From assembly GCA_037137755.1 (NCBI GenBank), contig JBAXJR010000051.1, forward strand, positions 1 to 15,277: a DNA stretch of 15,277 nucleotides, given 5' to 3'. The stretch's first letter is position 1. Every line of letters starts with the position of its first letter. This document shows, piece after piece, positions 7,706-15,277 of this stretch. The DNA comes from Methanomicrobiales archaeon (GTDB lineage Archaea > Halobacteriota > Methanomicrobia > Methanomicrobiales > Methanospirillaceae). Position numbers and translations under genes: made by a program. The notes beneath the pieces are model-generated. The model saw only the letters and a program-made list of their open reading frames with translations, ran no database searches and was not told where the DNA came from.

Positions 7706-8514
7706 TGCCACCCCTCCCCAAGTGCAACATATAGTGACCCGATAATGAGATCCGCAGTTGAACCGGGATTTATCCCGGCATCTATGCAGGTTTTGTCAAA
7801 AATGGCGAGGTCACGTTTGCCGTCCCGAACCTCACGGGCAGTTTCCATTGTTTTTTCAGCCAGGTCCTGCCCATGCTTCTTGATAATAAACGTATCCGGT
7901 TCATCTGACAGGAGGTCTAAAAATGTCATTACAATTGCCTTTCTACCGCACCCGTTCCTCTTAAGAAGGTCAGCACCCATTCGAACTTTTTTAAACCCAT
8001 TTATCCATTCCCGTGCGATCATGTCATTTCCAGCTGAATGGCGCATAATATCATACAGGGTCAGTTGTTGCATCCGGATAGTCTCAAGAGCAGCGGGATC
8101 ATTCACGTCAAGACTATCGGAAGACAGAATTCTTACCTGTGTCATACCAAACGCCTTGTAAAATTCCACTGCATCATCAACAGTGGTTTCTCGGGCAACC
8201 CTGATTGCTCCGGGGATATCTCCACCCATAATGAGGGGTACAAGGAGCAGGAACGCTCCAAAATGAGTATTACCCCCGGAATGGACATTTGTCTGCCCGA
8301 CGGCATCGTAGATGATGGTGCCCACGGCGGCACCAGGTTCTGATGCCCTTTCAAGTGATGGTCGCGAGAGAATTATCGAGGCAAGGAAATGCTCAAGGCG
8401 CGTGCTATGGTAATCATGGCAGCGGTCAACGTTCCCGGGTTTGGGATACGCGGTGACCTCAAGCATCATTGCCATCTGTGCCTGCTCAGCAGGCGTCATC
8501 CTCCGCCCTGTCAT
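7693..8514 (-). CDS. citG: CitG family (triphosphoribosyl-dephospho-CoA synthase-like) protein, archaeal type
   Basis: LEVTAYPKPGNVDR, GGNTHFG, PDTFIIKKHG, INPGSTADL. Alternative start at ATG 8499. It overlaps the upstream gene's 3' end. Confidence 0.9.
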   Translation of the reverse strand: MTGRRMTPAEQAQMAMMLEVTAYPKPGNVDRCHDYHSTRLEHFLASIILSRPSLERASEPGAAVGTIIYDAVGQTNVHSGGNTHFGAFLLLVPLIMGGDIPGAIRVARETTVDDAVEFYKAFGMTQVRILSSDSLDVNDPAALETIRMQQLTLYDIMRHSAGNDMIAREWINGFKKVRMGADLLKRNGCGRKAIVMTFLDLLSDEPDTFIIKKHGQDLAEKTMETAREVRDGKRDLAIFDKTCIDAGINPGSTADLIIGSLYVALGEGWQWDS

Positions 8515-9622
8515 AATAGATATGGTGAATTATCTTTTCAGAAAGCTGACGTTTCAACCGCATATATTCCTTGCTGGAAATCCCGGCCTGCTGAAGGGTG
8601 ATGTCACGGAACATGCAGGGTGATGAGTTCTTGCAGCACCATGCAAGACTTCCAAAACAGGTATTTTTTCCCGTTTCAAGCGGAGTACCCCGAACTGATT
8701 CCTCTTTCAGCCGGATATAATCATCCCGTTTTATTCCGAGACTCTCAAGCGTAGGAATTAACGGGCAACTTTTCACGGGCATGCAGCAGAAGGTAAGCGC
8801 CCTGATATCCCCACCACGGCAGAGCTGTTTCGGTGCATTGTACCACCCCTGCTCGTCAGTATATCTTGTAATAGCCGCATCGAGCCCGGATAATGTCCGT
8901 TCATCAGATTTTCTCGCGAGCGAGACGAGGTCTGCACCGTGAGCAAGCATATCCTTTACGCGGTCAAACGTATTCAGCGAGTTATTTGCAATCAAAAGGA
9001 CAGGGCAGCTGTTCCTGATTTGCTTAAGTTTCTGGTAACCGAAATCCATCAGGTCAACATGGATAATATCTGCCCCCGCATTCCATAGGGCTTTCGCCAA
9101 TGCGCGGTCATCACCGGCCACGCCAGCCCGGATTTTAACAGAAACCGTCACACCAGACTTTTTCAGAGTCTTCACTATTTCGGCGAGTTTGGCAGGGTTT
9201 TTAAGGTAATATTCACCGCACCCGGCCTCTACCATGGGTGGCTGGCGGCAATGTGCATCAATTTCATAGACCACACCATCACCAAGCTCTTCCGCAACCC
9301 TGGCAAAAGCTACAGGGGAGCATCCCCTCATGTTGATCCCGAGTACAACATCACTTCCGGCCATACATGATACCTGCCGGCGGAGCTCGGAGATCATATC
9401 CTCGTGGATGAATTCCTCCCTCCCTTCAGAGGCCATCAGCATACTTGCTTTCATTGCCGGTTCATCGATGGAGTACCCCCCGATAAATGCCAGACCGATA
9501 TGCTTCTCACGGGCACGTACATACTCAGCGTCGACATATCCAGCCATAGAGGCGATCGCGACGGGGGTTCGCACCACCTGGTTATTTATCAGAAGTCCAA
9601 ACCTCTCAAAGTGCTCCATCAT
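8486..9622 (-). CDS. Methanogenesis marker 9 domain protein: dihydrouridine-synthase-like TIM barrel (MJ0144-like) fused to a Cys-rich marker 9 domain
   Basis: ASMAG, EIDAHCRQPPM, SVKIRAG, IIHVD, IANNS, GADLVSLAR, then WYNAPKQLCRGGDIRALTFCC and TCFGSLAWCC. The start is probably ATG 9622 or 9619 rather than the track's 9688. Confidence 0.9.
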   Translation of the reverse strand: MMEHFERFGLLINNQVVRTPVAIASMAGYVDAEYVRAREKHIGLAFIGGYSIDEPAMKASMLMASEGREEFIHEDMISELRRQVSCMAGSDVVLGINMRGCSPVAFARVAEELGDGVVYEIDAHCRQPPMVEAGCGEYYLKNPAKLAEIVKTLKKSGVTVSVKIRAGVAGDDRALAKALWNAGADIIHVDLMDFGYQKLKQIRNSCPVLLIANNSLNTFDRVKDMLAHGADLVSLARKSDERTLSGLDAAITRYTDEQGWYNAPKQLCRGGDIRALTFCCMPVKSCPLIPTLESLGIKRDDYIRLKEESVRGTPLETGKNTCFGSLAWCCKNSSPCMFRDITLQQAGISSKEYMRLKRQLSEKIIHHIYYDRAEDDAC

Positions 9623-9994
9623 GGATTCATATAAATTGAAAGTCACAGGCAAAATTACTTTGGGCGTTATTGTTCCCGGGAGAGACAAAAAAGAATATTT
9701 GGGATTGTAGCCACACTAGAAAAAAATGCTGCTAATCAAGGAAATGCAGATAGTTTGTGTAACTATAAAGAAACTGCATCCGTTTTATTATCACCATAAC
9801 ACCGGGTAAGAACCGTTTTATATCCGGCTTTGTTCAAGGTTCATTACTAACGGGGGTATCAATTTCAGCTGACTTGTATGAACATATCACGTTGAGCAAT
9901 ATGACATGTGACCCTCATGATCAGAGCGGGATATTTCAGTAATTTCCTGAAAAATTTGAGGCATATTCGCCATTATCATAGGGATGGATAATTT

Positions 9995-10010
9995 GGTAAC
10001 AATTTTAAGA
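9995..10010 (+). promoter_or_regulatory. Putative BRE/TATA of the cfb operon (probably leaderless cfbA)
   Basis: ggtaacaa followed by ttttaaga, ending about 24 nt upstream of ATG 10034. No SD before the ATG. Confidence 0.55.
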
Positions 10011-10033
10011 TTCGCGACACCAGTATTTACCAT

Positions 10034-10435
10034 ATGGAAAGGAAGGGAATGTTACTCGTAGGGCATGGAAGCAAACTCCCCTACAATCAAGAGCTCGTTG
10101 AATCCACGGGTAAAATTGTCCAGGAAAGGCACCCCGAGTATGTCGTAAAATGTGCCTTCATGAATATGAACTCGCCAAGTATCGAAGAGAGCCTCAATGA
10201 GTTTAAAAAAGAAAAAATTGATGCACTTGTCGTTGTCCCGCTATTCCTTGCCAAAGGTGTGCATATCGTGAAAGATATTCCCGGACTGATCGGTCTTCCC
10301 GAAGGAACCAATAAAGGGACATTCGCCATGAACGGGAGGGAAATACCTCTCGTATATGCAGAGCCCATAGGGTCAGATCCACTGCTTGCAGACCTGATGG
10401 CGAAAAATGCCAAAAACGCGTTAGCCATGATCTGA
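10034..10435 (+). CDS. cfbA: Sirohydrochlorin nickelochelatase (CbiX-S type)
   Basis: LLVGHGSK, VVVPLFLAKGVH, DIP, YAEPIG. Single-domain size of 133 aa, first gene of the F430 cluster. Confidence 0.95.
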   Translation: MERKGMLLVGHGSKLPYNQELVESTGKIVQERHPEYVVKCAFMNMNSPSIEESLNEFKKEKIDALVVVPLFLAKGVHIVKDIPGLIGLPEGTNKGTFAMNGREIPLVYAEPIGSDPLLADLMAKNAKNALAMI

Positions 10436-10443
10436 ACAATAAA

Positions 10444-11667
10444 ATGGACCTCCTTGTCCTCGATACCATCCATGGCGGTAAAGAAATAGGCAATGCCCTG
10501 ATAGCCGCCGGGCATCACGTGGACATGGTAGATGTCTACCGGGGGACCGGTGCAGGAGAGGGTTCTACCCTTGAAGGGAATTCCTACGACAGGATGATAG
10601 TCCCTGTCCACCTCAACCCTGATCATCCAATCCTTCAACAATTCCGGAATACTCCACAAATCTCTCATCATGAAGCAGTGAAATGGATTCTCGGGGACGC
10701 GTTACCATCACTCATGATCGAGGTTACAGGGGCGCAGGGGAAAACGACAACTGCCCATGCTATTGCACATATCTTGCCAGGATACGGTATTCTCCACACT
10801 TCAGGAGGGACATACCGGTACCCGGACCATGAAAAACTTTTCAGGCGCAGCATCACACCTGCCTCCCTGCTGGCCGTGGTAAATGCCGCAAGGGATCATG
10901 GGGGCTGGCTTGTTGTGGAAGAGTCCCTTGGGGTAACAGGTGCAGGAGACCTTGCGATAATTACGTCCAACCTTGATTACCGGTGTGCAGGCGGGAAGAA
11001 ATCGGCACGTACCGTCAAAATGGAAACTTCTGCAAATGCCCGGCATCTTCTTGTGGCCCCGGGAGTTCAATCATCCAGGGAAGACACAGTTTATGCGGAT
11101 GAAATTGTCAGAATTGAAGGGACACGGTGCGATTATGAGCATAATGGTATTGCGGGATCATTTGGAAACCCGCTCCTCACACTTGCAGGTTACAAAACAC
11201 CGTTGATGGTTGCAGCCGCAGCCGGCTGCATGCTCGGGTTCGATCCCGTGTCACTCCGGGTTTTCACCGCGTTGCCCGGGAGAATGGCGCTGACTTCTGA
11301 AAATGGCCACTACGTTATTGACAACGCAAACAGTGGGAGTACCAGTCAGACAACAATAGAGGCCTCACGCTATGCACGGTCGGTATCAGGTGAGGACAAC
11401 CTGGTCCTGGTTATCGGGCAGGAAGCCCACGCGGTATGTGAAGGATTCCAGCCTGAAGAGATAGTCCGCACAATAGAAACCGTCAGGCCATGCCGGGTTG
11501 TTATTGTCGGAGAACAATACAGGAATGAGTATATGGCATATTCTCTAACCAGATATCTGGAAACCAGCAGGATTACCTATACCGGCAGCTTCGGGGAAGG
11601 GAAATCCGCTGCACTCGCAAACAGTGGAAATGAGTGCGTTGTGCTCGCGGTTAAATCGTGGAGATAA
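10444..11667 (+). CDS. cfbE: Coenzyme F430 synthase (Mur-ligase-like)
   Basis: VLDTIHGG, PVHL, IEVTGAQGKTTT, SITPAS, EESLGVTG, PGRM, IDNANSG, VCEG and a C-terminal VKSWR. Named per the Zheng et al. nomenclature; the cfbB/cfbE names are swapped in the alternative scheme. Confidence 0.93.
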   Translation: MDLLVLDTIHGGKEIGNALIAAGHHVDMVDVYRGTGAGEGSTLEGNSYDRMIVPVHLNPDHPILQQFRNTPQISHHEAVKWILGDALPSLMIEVTGAQGKTTTAHAIAHILPGYGILHTSGGTYRYPDHEKLFRRSITPASLLAVVNAARDHGGWLVVEESLGVTGAGDLAIITSNLDYRCAGGKKSARTVKMETSANARHLLVAPGVQSSREDTVYADEIVRIEGTRCDYEHNGIAGSFGNPLLTLAGYKTPLMVAAAAGCMLGFDPVSLRVFTALPGRMALTSENGHYVIDNANSGSTSQTTIEASRYARSVSGEDNLVLVIGQEAHAVCEGFQPEEIVRTIETVRPCRVVIVGEQYRNEYMAYSLTRYLETSRITYTGSFGEGKSAALANSGNECVVLAVKSWR

Positions 11668-11671
11668 TCTG

Positions 11672-12736
11672 ATGAAATATATGCAGCCGAGGCCAAGTTC
11701 AATCGTAGCGGCACTCTATACAGCACGGGACCTTGAAGTTGATGTCGCGATCCTGCACGGTCCTTCGGGTTGTTCATTCAAGCATGCACGTCTCCTCGAA
11801 GAAGACGGGTTGCGGGTGCTGACCACGTCCCTGGCTGATAACGAATTCATTTTTGGTGGACACGACCCGCTGGTTACTGCACTGCAGTATGCAGAAAGGG
11901 AATTTTCACCAGGCAGAATGGCCGTGGTCGGGACCTGTGTATCCATGATTATTGGTGAAGACCTCTTATCAGCGGTGGATGATTCAGGAATTACGACCCC
12001 TACAATTGTTGTAGACATCCATGCAGGATACCCGGAAAATATTGACGGGGTGATTGCCACGCTGGTCCCGGCGGCAGAAGCAGGCTGGATCAGTACAGTG
12101 GAACTCGATCGGCAGAAATACGTACTTGCAAAAGCCAACGAGGTAGAACGCCTCAGGGGAGCCGCAAGCCAGTCGTATATAGAACCATCACGCGGGGATT
12201 TGAAGCACACGGTTGCTGTCGATCTCCTTGGACGTATCAAAAAAGGCGAACAGGGTGTGGCAGTGATGAATGCGAAAAAAGAGACCGCATACATGTTCGC
12301 CGATGAACTGATAGCCCTCCACGAGATCTGTCCTGATGCGGATATCAACTACATCGCTAACCTCGAAGAACGCGGACTTCCCAAGGTACGGCGTGATGCC
12401 GGAATAATCCGGAATGCATTTTCTGAGGCCTCAGTTCCCCTGGAAACAATCGGGGCACTTGATGAATATGGTGCAAACGGGGAGGGACTGGGGAAAAGGA
12501 TCAGGGAAATTGACCCGGACTTCGCACTTCTCGCAGGTGTGCCCCATGCAATCCCACCTGAGTATACAGAAGGTATCTGCTGTTATTCTATTACAAACGG
12601 CCCGAGACAGGTCGCACCCTTAAAAGAGATCGGCCACCAGTTTGTCGTTGTTGAAATTGACCTTCATCCGAAAACACTCGGGGTGCGGCACGTGGTAGAG
12701 AGCGAGTTCGGGGCAGTCCTCAGGAGCCTCGCATGA
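11672..12736 (+). CDS. cfbD: Ni-sirohydrochlorin a,c-diamide reductive cyclase catalytic subunit (NflD)
   Basis: QPRPSSIVAALYT, HGPSGCSFKHARLLEEDG, VVGTCVSMIIGEDL, NAKKETAY, ITNGPRQV, EIDLHPKTLG. The start is set at ATG 11672, with GGAG at 11660-11663 and 4 nt after the cfbE stop. Confidence 0.96.
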   Translation: MKYMQPRPSSIVAALYTARDLEVDVAILHGPSGCSFKHARLLEEDGLRVLTTSLADNEFIFGGHDPLVTALQYAEREFSPGRMAVVGTCVSMIIGEDLLSAVDDSGITTPTIVVDIHAGYPENIDGVIATLVPAAEAGWISTVELDRQKYVLAKANEVERLRGAASQSYIEPSRGDLKHTVAVDLLGRIKKGEQGVAVMNAKKETAYMFADELIALHEICPDADINYIANLEERGLPKVRRDAGIIRNAFSEASVPLETIGALDEYGANGEGLGKRIREIDPDFALLAGVPHAIPPEYTEGICCYSITNGPRQVAPLKEIGHQFVVVEIDLHPKTLGVRHVVESEFGAVLRSLA

Positions 12737-14109
12737 AAGCAGTCCTGATCTCCGGGGACAGGTCAGGATGTGGAAAGACGAGTATTTCCCTCGCACTTTC
12801 ATCGCTTCTTTCCCGCAGGATGACAGTACAGACCTTCAAGGCGGGAATGGACTACATCGATCCATCGTATCTTACGGGTGTCACAGGAAGGCCATGCCGG
12901 AACCTTGACAGTTTTGTAATGTCCCCTTCGGACGTATCGCGGGTTTTCACTCATGGCTGCCAGGGCGCGGATTTTGCCATGGTGGAGGGTGTGCGGGGAT
13001 TGTTCGAAGGCGCCGAGGCACTCACAGATGTTGGAAGTACTGAAGCAATCGCACGTGCGCTTGACCTGCCTGTTGTGCTTGTAATCAGTGCACGGAGCAT
13101 TACCAGGAGCGCTGCAGCCGTAGTTAAGGGTTTCCAGGCATTTTCACCAAATATACAGATTAAGGGGGTGATTCTCAATAATGTCATGGGAGTAAAGCAT
13201 GCGGATAAGGCAACCTCTGCAATTGAGCATTATTGCAATGTCCCGGTTATTGGTGCAATACCACGCATGGAAGAGATGGAACTTACCATGAGGCATCTCG
13301 GGCTGGTGCCCTTCATAGAAGGACAGGGCAGCAGTGAATTTGAAAAGAGGATAGACAGGGTGACAGGGCTGATTGGAGAACATGTATCCCTTGATGCACT
13401 CACCAGCATTGCAGCGGATATCCCAGATATCCCGAAAGGTGTGCCTCTTTTTCCAAAAGAACATGAAACAGATACCAGGATCGCAGTTGCCCGTGACGAA
13501 GCATTTAATTTTTATTACTCTGACCTTTTTGACGTCCTCCCGGCACTAGGGACCACCGTGATACCGTTCAGCCCAATCAGGGATCGGTTACCAGATGCAG
13601 AGGGTTATATTATCGGAGGGGGCTACCCGGAACTATTCCTTCCCGGACTTGAAGCAAATACCCGGATGCTGGATTCAATCCGTGAGCAATCCGGCAATGG
13701 TGTACCAATCTACGCGGAGTGCGGAGGGCTGATGTACCTGACGGAACGGATCCGCCTGATGGAAGGATGGCAGGGCCATTCAGAAGAGCGGGTGTATGAA
13801 ATGGCAGGCGTGTTTAAGGGTGAAACACATATGCCGGCGCGTCGTGTTGTCAGTTACGTAGAGGGGGAGAGTAATACCAGCTGCCCGCTCGGGGCAGGGA
13901 CATTTAAGGGACATGAGTTTCATTATTCTGATGTCTGCCTGGCCCCAGAAACCAAGTACGCATACAGGCTCACCCGGGGGACAGGGATTGAAGGGATGTA
14001 CGACGGCGCAGTTACAGGACAGACCCTTGGCAGTTATACGCACCTCCACCCGGTGCCGGGTATCGCTATGTTCAGGCATTTTGTAGGAAGATGCCGGGAC
14101 CGTACCTGA
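12733..14109 (+). CDS. cfbB: Ni-sirohydrochlorin a,c-diamide synthase (CbiA/CobB-like)
   Basis: SGCGKT P-loop, FKAGMDYIDPSY, RNLD, VEGVRGLFEG, RHLGL, DEAFNFYY, GGGYPE, AECGGLMYL, GHEFHYS. ATGA overlap with cfbD. Confidence 0.95.
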   Translation: MKAVLISGDRSGCGKTSISLALSSLLSRRMTVQTFKAGMDYIDPSYLTGVTGRPCRNLDSFVMSPSDVSRVFTHGCQGADFAMVEGVRGLFEGAEALTDVGSTEAIARALDLPVVLVISARSITRSAAAVVKGFQAFSPNIQIKGVILNNVMGVKHADKATSAIEHYCNVPVIGAIPRMEEMELTMRHLGLVPFIEGQGSSEFEKRIDRVTGLIGEHVSLDALTSIAADIPDIPKGVPLFPKEHETDTRIAVARDEAFNFYYSDLFDVLPALGTTVIPFSPIRDRLPDAEGYIIGGGYPELFLPGLEANTRMLDSIREQSGNGVPIYAECGGLMYLTERIRLMEGWQGHSEERVYEMAGVFKGETHMPARRVVSYVEGESNTSCPLGAGTFKGHEFHYSDVCLAPETKYAYRLTRGTGIEGMYDGAVTGQTLGSYTHLHPVPGIAMFRHFVGRCRDRT

Positions 14110-14262
14110 AACGGATTGAATTTCCCTGAGCATCGCATTTTTTATACGGTATTTTTTCAAAGATTGGAATTCACAAATTCCCGTATCCGGGATATAGTAC
14201 CCCGAATCATTGTGCATACAATTGAGAGGTAAAAAATACTAGGGAATGTACAACCTTAAGAT

Positions 14263-15129
14263 ATGCTGATCTATATCGATGGCCAGTTTTTGCCGCGGGA
14301 ACAGGCAAAGATATCTGTGTTTGACCACGGGCTTCTTTACGGGGACGGGGCTTTTGAAGGTATCCGTGCATATAACGGAAGAGTATTCAGGCTCATGGAG
14401 CATGTTGACAGGCTTTATGATTCGGCAAAGACCATCGATCTTACCGTCCCGATATCGAAGGATGAGATGGCAAAGGTCATTATCGAGACGTTAAGGAAAA
14501 ATAACCTTAAAAACGGTTATATTCGTCCGATTGTAACCAGGGGTGTGGGCGATCTTGGCCTCGACCCGCGTAAATGTGAGAAGGCAACCGTCATCTGTAT
14601 TGCCATCGAATGGGGGGCCATGTATGGCGACCTCTATGAAAAAGGCCTTGTCGGGGTATCAGTTTCTGTCCGGAGAAATGCTGCAGCTGCACTCCCGCCA
14701 AACGTGAAAAGTCTCAATTACCTTAATAATATCCTCGCTAAAATTGAGGCAAATTATAAGGGGGGAGACGAAGCGATCATTTTTGATACCAATGGCTACC
14801 TCTCTGAAGGGTCAGGGGATAATATTTTTGCAGTGAAAAACGGGGTTATTATCACCCCGCCTACCCTCAATAACCTCCGGGGTATCACCCGTGACGTAGT
14901 TCTTGAGATTGCCCAATCCATGGGAATCACCGTGAAAGAACAAAATATGGGATATTTCGATCTCTATACCGCGGATGAAGTATTTGTTACCGGTACAGCT
15001 GCCGAGGTCGCACCCATTACAATAATCGATGGGCGTAATATAGGGACCGGGAAGCCGGGGCCGGTGACAAGACAATTTATCGCCGCGTTCAAGACAATAA
15101 CAGAGACTGAAGGGACACCAATCTACTGA
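14263..15129 (+). CDS. ilvE: Branched-chain amino acid aminotransferase (PLP fold type IV)
   Basis: [33 protein letters not shown] (catalytic Lys), [34 protein letters not shown]. Confidence 0.96.
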   Translation: MLIYIDGQFLPREQAKISVFDHGLLYGDGAFEGIRAYNGRVFRLMEHVDRLYDSAKTIDLTVPISKDEMAKVIIETLRKNNLKNGYIRPIVTRGVGDLGLDPRKCEKATVICIAIEWGAMYGDLYEKGLVGVSVSVRRNAAAALPPNVKSLNYLNNILAKIEANYKGGDEAIIFDTNGYLSEGSGDNIFAVKNGVIITPPTLNNLRGITRDVVLEIAQSMGITVKEQNMGYFDLYTADEVFVTGTAAEVAPITIIDGRNIGTGKPGPVTRQFIAAFKTITETEGTPIY

Positions 15130-15222
15130 TTATTTCCCGGATTTTCTCCTTTCCCACTTACCCGTTCCACAACCTATTTTTACGTGTAATAGAAAGTAGT
15201 TAAAGCAACTTATCACAAAGAC

Positions 15223-15277
<55 letters not shown>

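Noticed and set aside
11672-12736. Nitrogenase or protochlorophyllide reductase subunit
   Set aside because: Short length, CfbD-specific motifs and the cfb context identify it as the F430 reductive cyclase.
12733-14109. Cobalamin pathway CbiA (with CbiX at 10034)
   Set aside because: Co-operonic with cfbD and cfbE, so the F430 paralogues are the better call.
14263-15129. Aminodeoxychorismate lyase (PabC) supplying pABA for methanopterin
   Set aside because: Same fold, but the motifs ([27 protein letters not shown]) match branched-chain aminotransferase.

Overview
Archaeal methanogen DNA, most consistent with Methanomicrobiales by gene content and protein style (inference). The left ~2.2 kb is AT-richer accessory sequence: the 3' end of a gene with 51-bp/17-aa tandem repeats, then a decayed ISL3-family insertion sequence. 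An orphan lipoprotein gene follows. The rest is a dense cofactor and nickel-enzyme neighbourhood: DUF2148 Fe-S protein plus a beta-RFAP-synthase-like GHMP protein, DedA, hypA-hypE, and a minus-strand operon (methanogenesis marker 9/DUS-like fusion, CitG-like, DUF447). That operon is divergent from the coenzyme F430 operon cfbA-cfbE-cfbD-cfbB, with no cfbC in the window. ilvE and a truncated tRNA-Glu(UUC) end the window. No CRISPR array or defence system is supported. The best novelty lead is the set of uncharacterised enzymes around the cfb operon, which are candidates for unassigned methanogen coenzyme biosynthesis steps. All family calls come from motif recognition by eye, not database searches.
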